A DNA stretch of 40,603 nucleotides from a virus. Location of the stretch: IMG/VR virus record IMGVR_UViG_3300035703_000183, positions 1 to 40,603 of that record, one strand, 5' to 3'. Each line of letters starts with the position of its first letter. Within the stretch, counting starts at the first letter, position 1. The translations under genes and the position numbers were made by a program. Below the pieces are notes generated by a model, which ran no database searches, had not been told where the DNA came from, and worked only from the letters and a program-made list of their open reading frames with translations. Shown piece by piece: positions 1 through 8,883 of the stretch.

Positions 1-127
1 TGCTGCCCGGCGGAAGCACCATATTCCCGCGAGGGGTCGATAACTTCAGCAGTTTCTTCGGTGCTGGCGGCCCTTCCTTCTCAGTAGGGGCTTTCGGTGG
101 TGCCCGCGCAGCCGGCGGCCCGGTCGC
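1..127. repeat. Terminal duplication: 1-127 is identical to 40477-40603 (circular assembly overlap or terminal redundancy)
   Basis: Direct comparison of the first and last lines of the window. The string tgctgcccggcggaagcacc...ggcggcccggtcgc occurs at both ends, offset 40476. Confidence 0.95.
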
Positions 128-377
128 TTCTGGTTCGACCTACATGGTCGGCGAACGCGGCCCCGAACTCTTCGTCCCGCGAAGCAGCGGAACCATCGTC
201 CCGAACCACGCTCTCAGTGGGACAACAAATGTTGTCGTAAATGTCGACGCAAGCGGCAGTACAGTACAAGGCGACAGCCCCAATGCCAACCAACTGGGCC
301 GCGTCATCTCGGCTGCCGTCCAAGCCGAACTCGTCAAGCAACAACGCCCAGGCGGCCTCCTCGCTGGTACTCGCTAA
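3..377 (+). CDS. Tape measure protein, C-terminal end (continuation of 38070..40603 across the circular junction)
   Basis: The frame is open from the window start and in phase with the ORF that runs off the window end. It contains YMVGERGPELFVP, a motif typical of tape measure C-termini. Stop TAA at 375-377. Confidence 0.85.
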   Translation: MPGGSTIFPRGVDNFSSFFGAGGPSFSVGAFGGARAAGGPVASGSTYMVGERGPELFVPRSSGTIVPNHALSGTTNVVVNVDASGSTVQGDSPNANQLGRVISAAVQAELVKQQRPGGLLAGTR

Positions 378-715
378 TGGCCACCTTCCCCAACTATGAC
401 CCGCAGTACGGCGCCAGCAAGACAAGCCAGCCGGCTGTCCGCCGCGTCCAGTTCGGCGACGGCTATTCCCAGCGTCTTGTTTTCGGTCTCAACCAAGACC
501 CCAAAGAATGGGCGCTGGAATTTAACGTCACTGAGGACGACGCCGACGTAATCGAGACTTTCCTCGAAGCCCGAGGCGGCGCCGAATCCTTCGACTGGAC
601 CCCACCGGACAGCAACACCTCCTACAAGTGGCTGTGTTCGGAGTGGAGCAAATCCATCGAACAGCCATTCCGAGCTGTGATCCGAACTACGTTCACCCAA
701 GTGTTCGAGCCCTGA
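377..715 (+). CDS. M: Minor tail protein M (lambda gpM-like)
   Basis: 112 aa. VRRVQFGDGYSQR and ETFLEARGG..SFDWTPP match the conserved lambda gpM motifs VRKVRFGDGYSQR and FLEEHGG..SFLWTPP. It sits directly after the tape measure gene. Confidence 0.9.
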   Translation: MATFPNYDPQYGASKTSQPAVRRVQFGDGYSQRLVFGLNQDPKEWALEFNVTEDDADVIETFLEARGGAESFDWTPPDSNTSYKWLCSEWSKSIEQPFRAVIRTTFTQVFEP

Positions 716-1608
716 TGGCCTATTCCGCCTGGGCCAGCTCTACTGCTTACTCGGTCGGCAACATCGTCCGAGCTAGCACCCTCCAGGCCAGCGGCCTTGT
801 TTTCCGCTGCACGGTCGCTGGAACGAGTGCATCAACGCAACCCACGTGGCCGACCGACATCGGCAGCACGATCGCCGACGGCACCGTCACTTGGGCAGCG
901 ATCAGCAGCGTCTACGAAGAACTTGCTGCACTGGCACCTAACGCCATCATCGAACTGTTCCAGCTGACGCTGGATGCAACACTGCACGGCACAAGCGACA
1001 CCTATTACTTCCATGCCGGCGTAAACGCCAGTGTTACCGGCAACATCGTGTGGAACGGCAACTCTTACGTCCGCCTACCAATTCAAGCCGAGGGCTTCGA
1101 TTATGCCAGCAGCGGTACCCTGCCCAGGCCCACACTGAGTGTGGCTAACCTTGGCGGCGAGATCAGCACTTTGATTTTGCTGGCCAACGCCGTCACACCC
1201 GGCAACGACTTAGGCGGTGCAAAGGTCACCCGTATCCGCACGCTGAAGAAATTCCTCGACGGCGAATCCGGCGCCGATCCACACGCAAAATTTCCGGACG
1301 AAATCTGGTACGTGGATCGCAAGTCTGCAGAAACTCGCGACATTGTGCAGTGGGAGCTGGCCAGCAAGCTGGACATGGCCGGCATGATGATCCCCAAGCG
1401 GCAACTGATCGCCAACATCTGTCAATGGCGATACCGCTCCAGCGAGTGCGGCTACACCGGCAGCAACTACTGGAACGCCAACGATCAACCAGTAGGCAGC
1501 CTTGCTGCTGATGCCTGCGGCAAACGGCTCGGGTCCTGCAAATTGCGTTTCGGCGCCACGTCACCGCTGCCTTTTGGCAGTTTCCCTGGCGTGGGCTTGA
1601 CGGAATGA
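715..1608 (+). CDS. L: Minor tail protein L (lambda gpL-like) with an N-terminal extension of about 70 aa
   Basis: The ATG at 715 overlaps the M stop (TGATG). RPTLSVANLGG, QWRYRSSECGYTG and GSCKLRF parallel lambda gpL RPTLTVSNLYG, TWTYRGDECGYSG and SGCKFR (the Cys cluster). The start is chosen by coupling; the track ORF starts at 628. Confidence 0.88.
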   Translation: MAYSAWASSTAYSVGNIVRASTLQASGLVFRCTVAGTSASTQPTWPTDIGSTIADGTVTWAAISSVYEELAALAPNAIIELFQLTLDATLHGTSDTYYFHAGVNASVTGNIVWNGNSYVRLPIQAEGFDYASSGTLPRPTLSVANLGGEISTLILLANAVTPGNDLGGAKVTRIRTLKKFLDGESGADPHAKFPDEIWYVDRKSAETRDIVQWELASKLDMAGMMIPKRQLIANICQWRYRSSECGYTGSNYWNANDQPVGSLAADACGKRLGSCKLRFGATSPLPFGSFPGVGLTE

Positions 1609-2318
1609 AACTAGGCACGACGCTACAGACCGAAATCCTCGCCTATGCGCAGGCGTGCGATCCAAAAGAGATGTGTGGCTTGATCCATGTGGTCAAAGGC
1701 CGCAAACGTTTTTATGCCTGCGCAAACATCGCCGAGACACCTGACGAGCACTTCGTACTGGATCCTGCCGACTACGCAGCCGCCGAAGATTTGGGCGAAA
1801 TCGTTGCCGTGGTACATAGCCACCCAACAAGCCGCCCGGTCGCATCTGCCGCCGATCAACTGAGCTGCAACGCCACCGGCCTGCCCTGGATCATCGTCAA
1901 CCCAAAGACCGAGGAGTGGGGCGGTTGCGAGCCAAAGGACTTCGAGCTGCCTTATGTCGGCCGCGAGTTTGTATTTGGCGTGGTGGATTGCTACAGCTTG
2001 TGCCGCGACTGGTACAAGCGCGAGTTCGGACTGGAACTAGCTGATTTTCCACGACGGGACCGCTTTTGGGAACGCGGCGAGAACTTGTACGTCGATGGGT
2101 ACAAGTCCCAAGGTTTTCGGCGCGTGCCGTTTGAAGAGCTGCAGTACGGCGACGCGATCCTGATGCAGCTTGGCGCTGACCTGCCTAATCACGGCGCCAT
2201 CTACCTTGGCGACCAGCAGATTTTGCATCATGTGCAGGGGCGGCTATCTAGTCGGGACGTGTACGGCGGCTACTATGTAAAGAGCACTGCCATGGTCCTG
2301 CGGCATGAAAGTCGTTAA
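1605..2318 (+). CDS. K: Tail assembly protein K (MPN/JAB plus NlpC/P60 domains)
   Basis: EMCGLI...VVHSHPTS is a JAB/MPN-like motif. The C-terminal half has VDCYSLCRDWY...NHGAIYLG..QILHH, the NlpC/P60 Cys-His-His pattern. 4-nt overlap with L. Confidence 0.88.
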   Translation: MKLGTTLQTEILAYAQACDPKEMCGLIHVVKGRKRFYACANIAETPDEHFVLDPADYAAAEDLGEIVAVVHSHPTSRPVASAADQLSCNATGLPWIIVNPKTEEWGGCEPKDFELPYVGREFVFGVVDCYSLCRDWYKREFGLELADFPRRDRFWERGENLYVDGYKSQGFRRVPFEELQYGDAILMQLGADLPNHGAIYLGDQQILHHVQGRLSSRDVYGGYYVKSTAMVLRHESR

Positions 2319-2949
2319 GGTCTACGGCACCCTCCGTAAGCTCCTTGGCGGACGATGCCGGTTCGAGTTTGAGGTTGATACACCAGCCCAAGCGCTGAAA
2401 GCGTTGTGCGTCAATTTCCCAGGCCTTGACAGGTGGCTGATGGACCGCGAAGCCGAAGGCACCGGCTTCCGCGTCACGGTCGGCCGCGACGCGATCACGC
2501 AAGAATCACCCGAAGCACTGGTACTGCCTTGGTCCGAACGCGAGGTCTTTAGCATCACGCCGGTGATCTGCGGCGCCGGTCAAGGCTTCGGGCAGGTGCT
2601 GGCTGGTATTGGTCTGATCGCATTGGCGATTGTTGCCGGTCCCGCCGGTGCTGGTTTCCTTGGTCTTGGGGCTGGCTTTATCTCAGGCGCTACAGCAAGT
2701 GCAGTCTCAGTCGCTCTTGGCGGCCTCGGCGCCAGTCTGCTTCTTGGCGGCGTCGCGCAGATGATCTCGCCGCAGCAAAATATGGGCGCTCTAACCAGTG
2801 GCCGCGAGGCAGCCCGCCTGGAGAGCTTCACTTTTTCGGGAATTGTAAATACGTCGAAACAGGGACTTCCTGTTCCGGTGGCCTACGGGCGTCTTTTTGT
2901 TGGCTCGGCCGTTATCAGCAGCGGCCTCGACGTTAATCAAACCGTATGA
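2305..2949 (+). CDS. I: Tail assembly protein I (lambda gpI-like)
   Basis: 214 aa with a Gly/Ala-rich hydrophobic central segment and C-terminal LPVPVAYGRLFVGSAVIS, as in gpI family proteins. Position is between K and J. Confidence 0.8.
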   Translation: MKVVKVYGTLRKLLGGRCRFEFEVDTPAQALKALCVNFPGLDRWLMDREAEGTGFRVTVGRDAITQESPEALVLPWSEREVFSITPVICGAGQGFGQVLAGIGLIALAIVAGPAGAGFLGLGAGFISGATASAVSVALGGLGASLLLGGVAQMISPQQNMGALTSGREAARLESFTFSGIVNTSKQGLPVPVAYGRLFVGSAVISSGLDVNQTV

Positions 2950-5900
2950 CTTACCCCGTAATCCAAGGTGCAGGTGGTGGCGGCGGTGGTAGCGGCTGTT
3001 TTCCGAACTACACGCTTATCAGCGTCCCAGGTGGCCAACGCCGGATCGACTCACTGGAGCCCGGCGAAATCGTCCTGAGTTTTGACGACCGTGGCCAGAT
3101 TCACCCGGCGAAGATCCTCAAGGTCCACATCCACGAAGACCAGCCGATCAAGCGCTACCACCTGTGGGGCGGCACGCACTTAGATGCGACACCCAACCAC
3201 TGGGTGCTGAACCAGTTCAACGCCTTCGTCTGCATCGACACGCTTGGCGCAGATGACTGTCTGGTCGACGGCCTCGGCCACCTGCGTCCAATCCTGCGCA
3301 AAGACGAACTGGAGCGCGGCACTGTTTACAACCTGACGGTCGAAGGCCAGCACACCTTTATTGCCGACAACATCCGTGTCCATAACGCAGGCCTCGGTGC
3401 GACGATCGCAGGTGCAGGCGGGGGTGGCGGTGGCGGCAAAGGCGGCGGTGGATCACAAAGCGTCCCAACTGAAGCTGATGACTCGCTGCAGTCAGTCCAA
3501 TACGCCAGCGTCCTCGATCTGCTGTGCGAAGGCGAGATCCAAGGCCTCGACGACGGCTTGAAGAGCGTCTATCTGGATGGTACGCCCATCGTTGGGCCAG
3601 GTGGCAGCAGCAACTTCAGCGGCTATACCACTGACTTCCGCACTGGCACGCAAGCCCAGACCTACATCGCCGCTACCGGCGGCACAGAGTCTGAGAACAC
3701 CGTCAATGTTGAGGTAACAAACGCAACGCCCGTCGTTCGCACGATCACCGACACCGACGTGGATCGCGTGCGGGTGACTATCCAACTGCCAGCGTTGCAG
3801 ATTATTGAAGACGATGGTGACATTATCGGCCACAGTGTCCGCATCCAGCTGCAAGTCCAATACAACGGCGGCGGTTATACCACGGTTGTAGATGACACAA
3901 TCAGCGGCAAAACCACCAACAGCTATCAGCGCGATTATCTGCTGACATTTAGCGGTAGTTTCCCTATCGACATTCGCATGGTGCGTGTGTCTGCCGATGA
4001 AAGCAGTGCCCGTCGCCAAAACCGCACCTTCTGGTTCAGCTATACAGAAATCCTCGACGAAAAACTGAGATACCCAAACTCAGCACTGTCGTTCCTGCGG
4101 TTTGACTCGCGCCAGTTCGACAGCATCCCGACGCGAAAATATCTGATCCGTGCCACGAAGGTGCAGCTGCCGTCCAACGCAACTGTCGACACCACCACCT
4201 ATCTCGGCCGCGTCACTTATGCCGGCGTATGGGACGGCACCTTCGGCGCCGCCACGTGGTGTGCTGACCCCGCATGGTGCTTATGGGACCTCATCACCAA
4301 TACCCGCTATGGAGCGGCTATTCCTGCTGCCACGCTCGACAAGTTTGACTTTTACGCCATCAGCCAATACTGCAACGAACTGGTCAGCAACGGCTTCGGT
4401 GGGCAAGAACCACGTTTTCAGTGTCACCTACTGCTGAACAATCGCGACGAAATTTACAACGTCATCCAAGAGTTTGTCTCGCTGTTCCGAGGCATCGCTT
4501 ACTACGGCGCCGGCTCGATGGTGGTTTTGCAGGACAAACCAGCCTCCTCGCAGTATCTGCTGGGACCCAGCAACGTTATCGACGGCAACTTCAGCTATTC
4601 GGGCAGCTCGCAAAAAGCGCGGCATAGCACGGCCACCGTTGCTTACCAGACCTACGACAGCCTTGGGGAAGTTCAGTTCGAGTATGTCGAAGACTCCGAC
4701 GCTGTATCTAAGTACGGGGTCATCAACAAAGAAATCAAGGCCATGGGCTGCTACAGCCGTGGCCAAGCACACCGCCTCGGCAAATGGGCCCTACTGGCCG
4801 AGCAAAACCTGACCGAAACTGTCAGCTTCTCTGTTTCACTGGAGTCGGGCATCATTTTGCGCCCTGGCATGGTGATCGACATTGCCGACCCGGTCAAGTC
4901 AGGCAGCCGTCGCTCAGGCCGCATCAGCAGCGCCACTACCACAGCCATCACAGTCGATTCCACGGTCGGGCTTCCCACAACTACAGCTAACTCCCCAACC
5001 ATTAGCGTGTTGCTGCCAACCGGCTTGGTTGAGACACGCTCGATCAGCAGCATTGCCGGCAGTGTATTTACTGTTAGCAGCGCATTTAGCGAAGCACCTA
5101 ACGCAGAAAGCGTCTTTTTAATCCAAACCACCGACATCCAATCCAACCAGTTCCGTGTTCTGTCGGTCACCGAAGGCGAAGCTGGTGCGTTCAGCGTCAC
5201 AGCGCTGACGTACAACAGCAGCATCTACGCCGCGATCGAAAGCGACCTGTCGCTCCAGTTCCGCGACATCAGCAACCTGTCGGCCATCCCCGACGCCCCC
5301 GGATCAATTACCGCCGTCGAGCACCTTTACGAAGACGGCCAGAGTGTCCTTACTGCTGTTGAATTGAGCTGGATCAGTCCGGTGCAGCGCGTCGCGGGCT
5401 TCCGCGTCGAATATCGGATCGACAACAACAACTGGATCCAGATCAACACGACTTCGCCCTCAACACGGCTTACTGGCCTGCGTGCCGGTACGTTGTACGT
5501 ACAAATCCGCAGCGTCAACAGCCTCAACAAACTGAGTGTTGCCTCAACGGCACAGTTCACGCTGGTCGGCAAAACCGCCCCTCCAGGCAATGTCCAGAAC
5601 CTGACCATCGAACCGATCAGCGCCAATAGCGCCCGCCTGCGCTGGAATCAGACTGTTGACCTTGACGTCAAAACCGGCGGCCGCGTCCACATCCGCCACA
5701 CCAACCTGACCAACGGAAGCGGCACCTGGAGCAACAGTGTCGACCTGATTCCAGCCAAATCAGGCGCCTCGACAGAAGCCATCGTGCCACTGGTCGAAGG
5801 CGAAATCTTGGTCAAGTTCGAGGATGACGGCGGCCGCCAAAGCCCTCAAGAAGCCAGCGTGATCGTCGATTTCCCCGATGCTGTTGGGGCGTTGATTATC

Positions 5901-6701
5901 CAACAACGCCGGGAAGATCAGGATGTGCCGCCATTCCAAGGCGCAAAAACCAACACCTTCTACAGCGAAGACCTTGATGCACTGGCACTGGATGCGGACG
6001 GCCTATTTGACGACATTGTCGACTTTGATCTGATCGCTACGCTTGACTTTTTCGGCGACATTGAAGTTTCTGGTGAGTACGCCTTTACCAGCACCCTTGA
6101 CCTTGGTGCGGTGTTCTCGCTGGATCTACGCCGCTATTTCATCACCCGTGGCTTCCTGCCAAGCGACCTGATCGACAGCCGCAGTGGGTTTGTCGATGAT
6201 TGGTCCGACTGGGACGGCGGCGTGATCGACGCGGTCAACGCCAAGCTATACCTGCGCCGCACACCAGACAATCCTGCTGGGACTCCAACTTGGTCCGGCT
6301 GGCAGGAGTTCGTTAATGGCACATTCTTGGGGCGTGGCTTCCAGTTCAAAGCCGAACTGACAAGTTCCGATCCTGCTGAGAGCATCCTTGTTGACGAACT
6401 CGGCTACGACGCCACCTTCCAGCGGCGTAGCGAGCAGTCTGTCGGCACCGTTACCAGCGGCGCTGGGACTGCATCAGTCGCGTTTGACAAGGCGTTTTTC
6501 ACTGGAACAGCCAGTCTCGGCGGCGTCAACGCTTACCTGCCCAGCATCGGCATTGTGGCCCAAAACCTGGCTACTGGCGACTACTTCAACGTCACCAACG
6601 TCAGCAACACCGGCTTCGATGTGACCTTCAGAAACAGCGCCGGCACTGCGGTTAGCCGCAATTTCCTATGGAGTGCCGTGGGATTTGGCAAGGGCGTCTA
6701 A
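2946..6701 (+). CDS. J: Tail tip / host specificity protein J (central fibre) carrying an N-terminal Hint domain
   Basis: 1251 aa, ATGA overlap with I. LQSVQYASVLDLLCEGEIQGLDDGLKSVYLDGTP aligns with lambda gpJ LKSTQLLSVIDAISEGPIEGPVDGLKSVLLNSTP. WCLWDLITNTRYG, EPRFQCH and GQAHRLGKWAL match further gpJ blocks. FN3-like repeats follow downstream. Confidence 0.92.
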   Translation: MTYPVIQGAGGGGGGSGCFPNYTLISVPGGQRRIDSLEPGEIVLSFDDRGQIHPAKILKVHIHEDQPIKRYHLWGGTHLDATPNHWVLNQFNAFVCIDTLGADDCLVDGLGHLRPILRKDELERGTVYNLTVEGQHTFIADNIRVHNAGLGATIAGAGGGGGGGKGGGGSQSVPTEADDSLQSVQYASVLDLLCEGEIQGLDDGLKSVYLDGTPIVGPGGSSNFSGYTTDFRTGTQAQTYIAATGGTESENTVNVEVTNATPVVRTITDTDVDRVRVTIQLPALQIIEDDGDIIGHSVRIQLQVQYNGGGYTTVVDDTISGKTTNSYQRDYLLTFSGSFPIDIRMVRVSADESSARRQNRTFWFSYTEILDEKLRYPNSALSFLRFDSRQFDSIPTRKYLIRATKVQLPSNATVDTTTYLGRVTYAGVWDGTFGAATWCADPAWCLWDLITNTRYGAAIPAATLDKFDFYAISQYCNELVSNGFGGQEPRFQCHLLLNNRDEIYNVIQEFVSLFRGIAYYGAGSMVVLQDKPASSQYLLGPSNVIDGNFSYSGSSQKARHSTATVAYQTYDSLGEVQFEYVEDSDAVSKYGVINKEIKAMGCYSRGQAHRLGKWALLAEQNLTETVSFSVSLESGIILRPGMVIDIADPVKSGSRRSGRISSATTTAITVDSTVGLPTTTANSPTISVLLPTGLVETRSISSIAGSVFTVSSAFSEAPNAESVFLIQTTDIQSNQFRVLSVTEGEAGAFSVTALTYNSSIYAAIESDLSLQFRDISNLSAIPDAPGSITAVEHLYEDGQSVLTAVELSWISPVQRVAGFRVEYRIDNNNWIQINTTSPSTRLTGLRAGTLYVQIRSVNSLNKLSVASTAQFTLVGKTAPPGNVQNLTIEPISANSARLRWNQTVDLDVKTGGRVHIRHTNLTNGSGTWSNSVDLIPAKSGASTEAIVPLVEGEILVKFEDDGGRQSPQEASVIVDFPDAVGALIIQQRREDQDVPPFQGAKTNTFYSEDLDALALDADGLFDDIVDFDLIATLDFFGDIEVSGEYAFTSTLDLGAVFSLDLRRYFITRGFLPSDLIDSRSGFVDDWSDWDGGVIDAVNAKLYLRRTPDNPAGTPTWSGWQEFVNGTFLGRGFQFKAELTSSDPAESILVDELGYDATFQRRSEQSVGTVTSGAGTASVAFDKAFFTGTASLGGVNAYLPSIGIVAQNLATGDYFNVTNVSNTGFDVTFRNSAGTAVSRNFLWSAVGFGKGV
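2997..3386 (+). other. Hint (intein-like / BIL-like) domain embedded after residue 17 of J
   Basis: 130 aa from Cys (CFPNYTLISV, block A) to VHN (block G). It has TPNH (block B TxxH) and VYNLTVEGQHTFIADNIRVHN (blocks F/G). The +1 residue is Ala and there is no endonuclease domain. Confidence 0.8.
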
Positions 6702-6728
6702 AGTGTAAACATTGCCTGCTTCCGATTC

Positions 6729-8180
6729 GTGGCACAACACGACTACGTCATCGCCAACGGCACTGGTGCTGCCGTCCGCTCTGACCTGAACAACGGCCTC
6801 GCCGCAATCGTCAGCCAAAACAGCGGCACGACAGAGCCCACCACCACCTACGCCTACATGCGCTGGGCCGATACCACGGCTGGCGTCATGAAGATGCGTA
6901 ACGGCGCCAATAATGCCTGGATCACCCTTTACCAACTCGACGGCGAGTGGAGCACCATCGCCTTTGAGAACGGCAGCGCTTCCGCTCCATCCATCTACTT
7001 CAAGGACAGCGGCACCGATACCGGCATCTACAGCCCTGGCACCGATCAGGTCGCCATCAGCACGGGCGGAACCGGAAGACTGTTTGTTGACTCCAATGGT
7101 CGGGTAGGTCTGGGGACTAGTAGTCCTGGCGCAAGATTTGATGTTGTCAGCGCAGATAATACGGCAGCAACAACAATTGTCTCCGTAGCGGCTAATAATC
7201 AAACAAGCGCTATTCAGCTTGGTTATAACAGAATTACGCAAGTCAATTCAACACCGGCAAGTGCGTATTTGCAGCTTGGTGTTAGCAATAACACAACTGC
7301 AGTTCACATTGACGGAACAGGCAAGGTAGGGATTGGCACTACTTCGGCCACCGAGTTACTTTCCGTCAACGGCAATCTTTGGCTCGGCAATGGCGGCGGG
7401 TCTGGCGGATCTGAGATGCTCCGCATTTGGAATGATAATGGTGTCGAGAGGATTCACGGCAGCGGCAATCCTTCTGCCGTTGCGTTTGGCATGGGAGGAC
7501 ACACCAGTGTCTCTGAAGCTTTCAGAATTGATACATCACGCAGGCTCTTAGTTGGCACGACTACTGATTCCATAGGCACAGCAGGCACTGTTCTGTATGG
7601 AGCAACAGGAGCTTCAATAACCAGATCCGGCGGTGTACTATGGGCTTTGAATCGGTTAACAAATGATGGCAACTTAATTGAATTTTACCAAGACGGTACA
7701 GTTGAAGGAGCTATTTCTGTATCTGGAAGTACCGTCACCTACGGCGGCGGTCACCTTGCCCGCTGGTCCCAACTCCCCAACGACGACGATCCATCTGGTT
7801 TGCTGAAGGGCACCGTCATGTCCAACTTAAACGAGATGTGCGAATGGGGCGAAGAAGATAACGAACAGCTCAACAAAACCAAGGTAAGCGACGTTGAAGG
7901 CGACCCTAACGTAGCTGGCGTATTTGTCTCTACATCGTTCGATGAGGTTGGTCCACAGGATTTCTTCGTCGCAATGACCGGCGACATGATCATCCGCATT
8001 GCCGAAGGAGTCACGGTGCAGCGGGGCGACCTGCTGATGTCCGCTGGTGATGGCACCGCCAAACCGCAAGACGACGACATTGTGCGCAGCAAGACTATCG
8101 CCAAGGTGACCAGCACTCACGTCACCTGTACTTATGACGATGGCAGCTACTGCGTGCCCTGCGTGCTGATGGCTTGCTAG
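6729..8180 (+). CDS. Tail fibre protein
   Basis: 483 aa with a GTG start. The N-terminus AQHDYVIANGTGAAVRSDLNNGLAAI is typical of phage fibre N-terminal domains. It has Gly/Ser/Thr-rich beta-type repeats and sits immediately after J. Confidence 0.75.
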   Translation: MAQHDYVIANGTGAAVRSDLNNGLAAIVSQNSGTTEPTTTYAYMRWADTTAGVMKMRNGANNAWITLYQLDGEWSTIAFENGSASAPSIYFKDSGTDTGIYSPGTDQVAISTGGTGRLFVDSNGRVGLGTSSPGARFDVVSADNTAATTIVSVAANNQTSAIQLGYNRITQVNSTPASAYLQLGVSNNTTAVHIDGTGKVGIGTTSATELLSVNGNLWLGNGGGSGGSEMLRIWNDNGVERIHGSGNPSAVAFGMGGHTSVSEAFRIDTSRRLLVGTTTDSIGTAGTVLYGATGASITRSGGVLWALNRLTNDGNLIEFYQDGTVEGAISVSGSTVTYGGGHLARWSQLPNDDDPSGLLKGTVMSNLNEMCEWGEEDNEQLNKTKVSDVEGDPNVAGVFVSTSFDEVGPQDFFVAMTGDMIIRIAEGVTVQRGDLLMSAGDGTAKPQDDDIVRSKTIAKVTSTHVTCTYDDGSYCVPCVLMAC

Positions 8181-8203
8181 ACCCAGTAACCCTACTCTCT
8201 AAA

Positions 8204-8311
8204 ATGCGCTACTTGATTGCATTTTTGTTAATGGTTACCGCCATCGCCGTCCCAATGATTTGGATCTATGCCGGTCTTCCATATCGGCGTGGTCCTTTTT
8301 TCTGGGACTGA
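8204..8311 (+). CDS. Small hydrophobic protein (35 aa), hypothetical
   Basis: Hand translation gives MRYLIAFLLMVTAIAVPMIWIYAGLPYRRGPFFWD, with one predicted TM helix. It is below the ORF-track length cutoff. TGATG junction with the next in-frame ATG at 8311. Confidence 0.35.
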   Translation: MRYLIAFLLMVTAIAVPMIWIYAGLPYRRGPFFWD

Positions 8312-8373
8312 TGGTAATGTGTGAAGGCAGGCGTGCGTCAACACCCTGCCCCGGCCACAGTTCCCTAGAAACC

Positions 8374-8757
8374 ATGACCCAAGAAGATTACAGGCATCCC
8401 ATCACCCCACCGCCAGAGCTGAGCGATGAGCAAGTGGGCGAATGGCTGATCGACGACGGCTACCCGTGGGACCCCTCGGAGCAAGCTGTCATCACCATCA
8501 CCACCAACCGGCTCAAGAACGTTGCCCGCCAAGCGTTCCAAGCGGGCGCCGACCAAGAGCTGGAGGCGTGTTGCGAGGCACTGGACAATTTGAATGATGG
8601 ATTCTGGAGTGAAAAACTCCGCATCGCCCGCCGCCCCAAGCCGCCGAGCTTGAAGGGGCAGGCGCTTGCCAGGTTGTCAGCCCTAGAGAGCGACGAGCCT
8701 AGGTACAAGGCTGAAATTGCTGACATTCGCCGTGCCGTGGAGCAACTCGATGACTGA
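8374..8757 (+). CDS. Hypothetical protein, member of a local small-protein paralog group
   Basis: The track ORF is 8260..8757. The start is uncertain (8311 or 8374 are more plausible than 8260, which overlaps the small TM ORF). C-terminal IRRAVEQLDD resembles IRRALEQLPD of 9137..9340. Confidence 0.55.
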   Translation: MTQEDYRHPITPPPELSDEQVGEWLIDDGYPWDPSEQAVITITTNRLKNVARQAFQAGADQELEACCEALDNLNDGFWSEKLRIARRPKPPSLKGQALARLSALESDEPRYKAEIADIRRAVEQLDD

Positions 8758-8883
8758 ATTGCTTGCGATTTGTTTGTTCCTCCTAACAGTGTCTGCCCCG
8801 TTCGCTAAGCACGCTGAGCGGCATGGGCAGCAAGCTCTGCGTTTCGCTTTTCTCGTTCTTCTTCGTACTTTGCGTTTTGCCCA

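Noticed and set aside
2997-3386. Calling the Hint module a canonical self-splicing, homing intein
   Set aside because: The +1 residue after HN is Ala rather than Cys/Ser/Thr, and at 130 aa there is no room for a LAGLIDADG or HNH homing endonuclease domain. It is therefore reported as Hint/BIL-like only.
6913-7107. Various 60-110-aa ORFs nested in alternative frames of J, the fibre, portal and polymerase genes
   Set aside because: All are fully embedded in larger ORFs that have recognisable motifs, and their composition is Pro/Arg/Ser/Ala-rich and off-frame-like.
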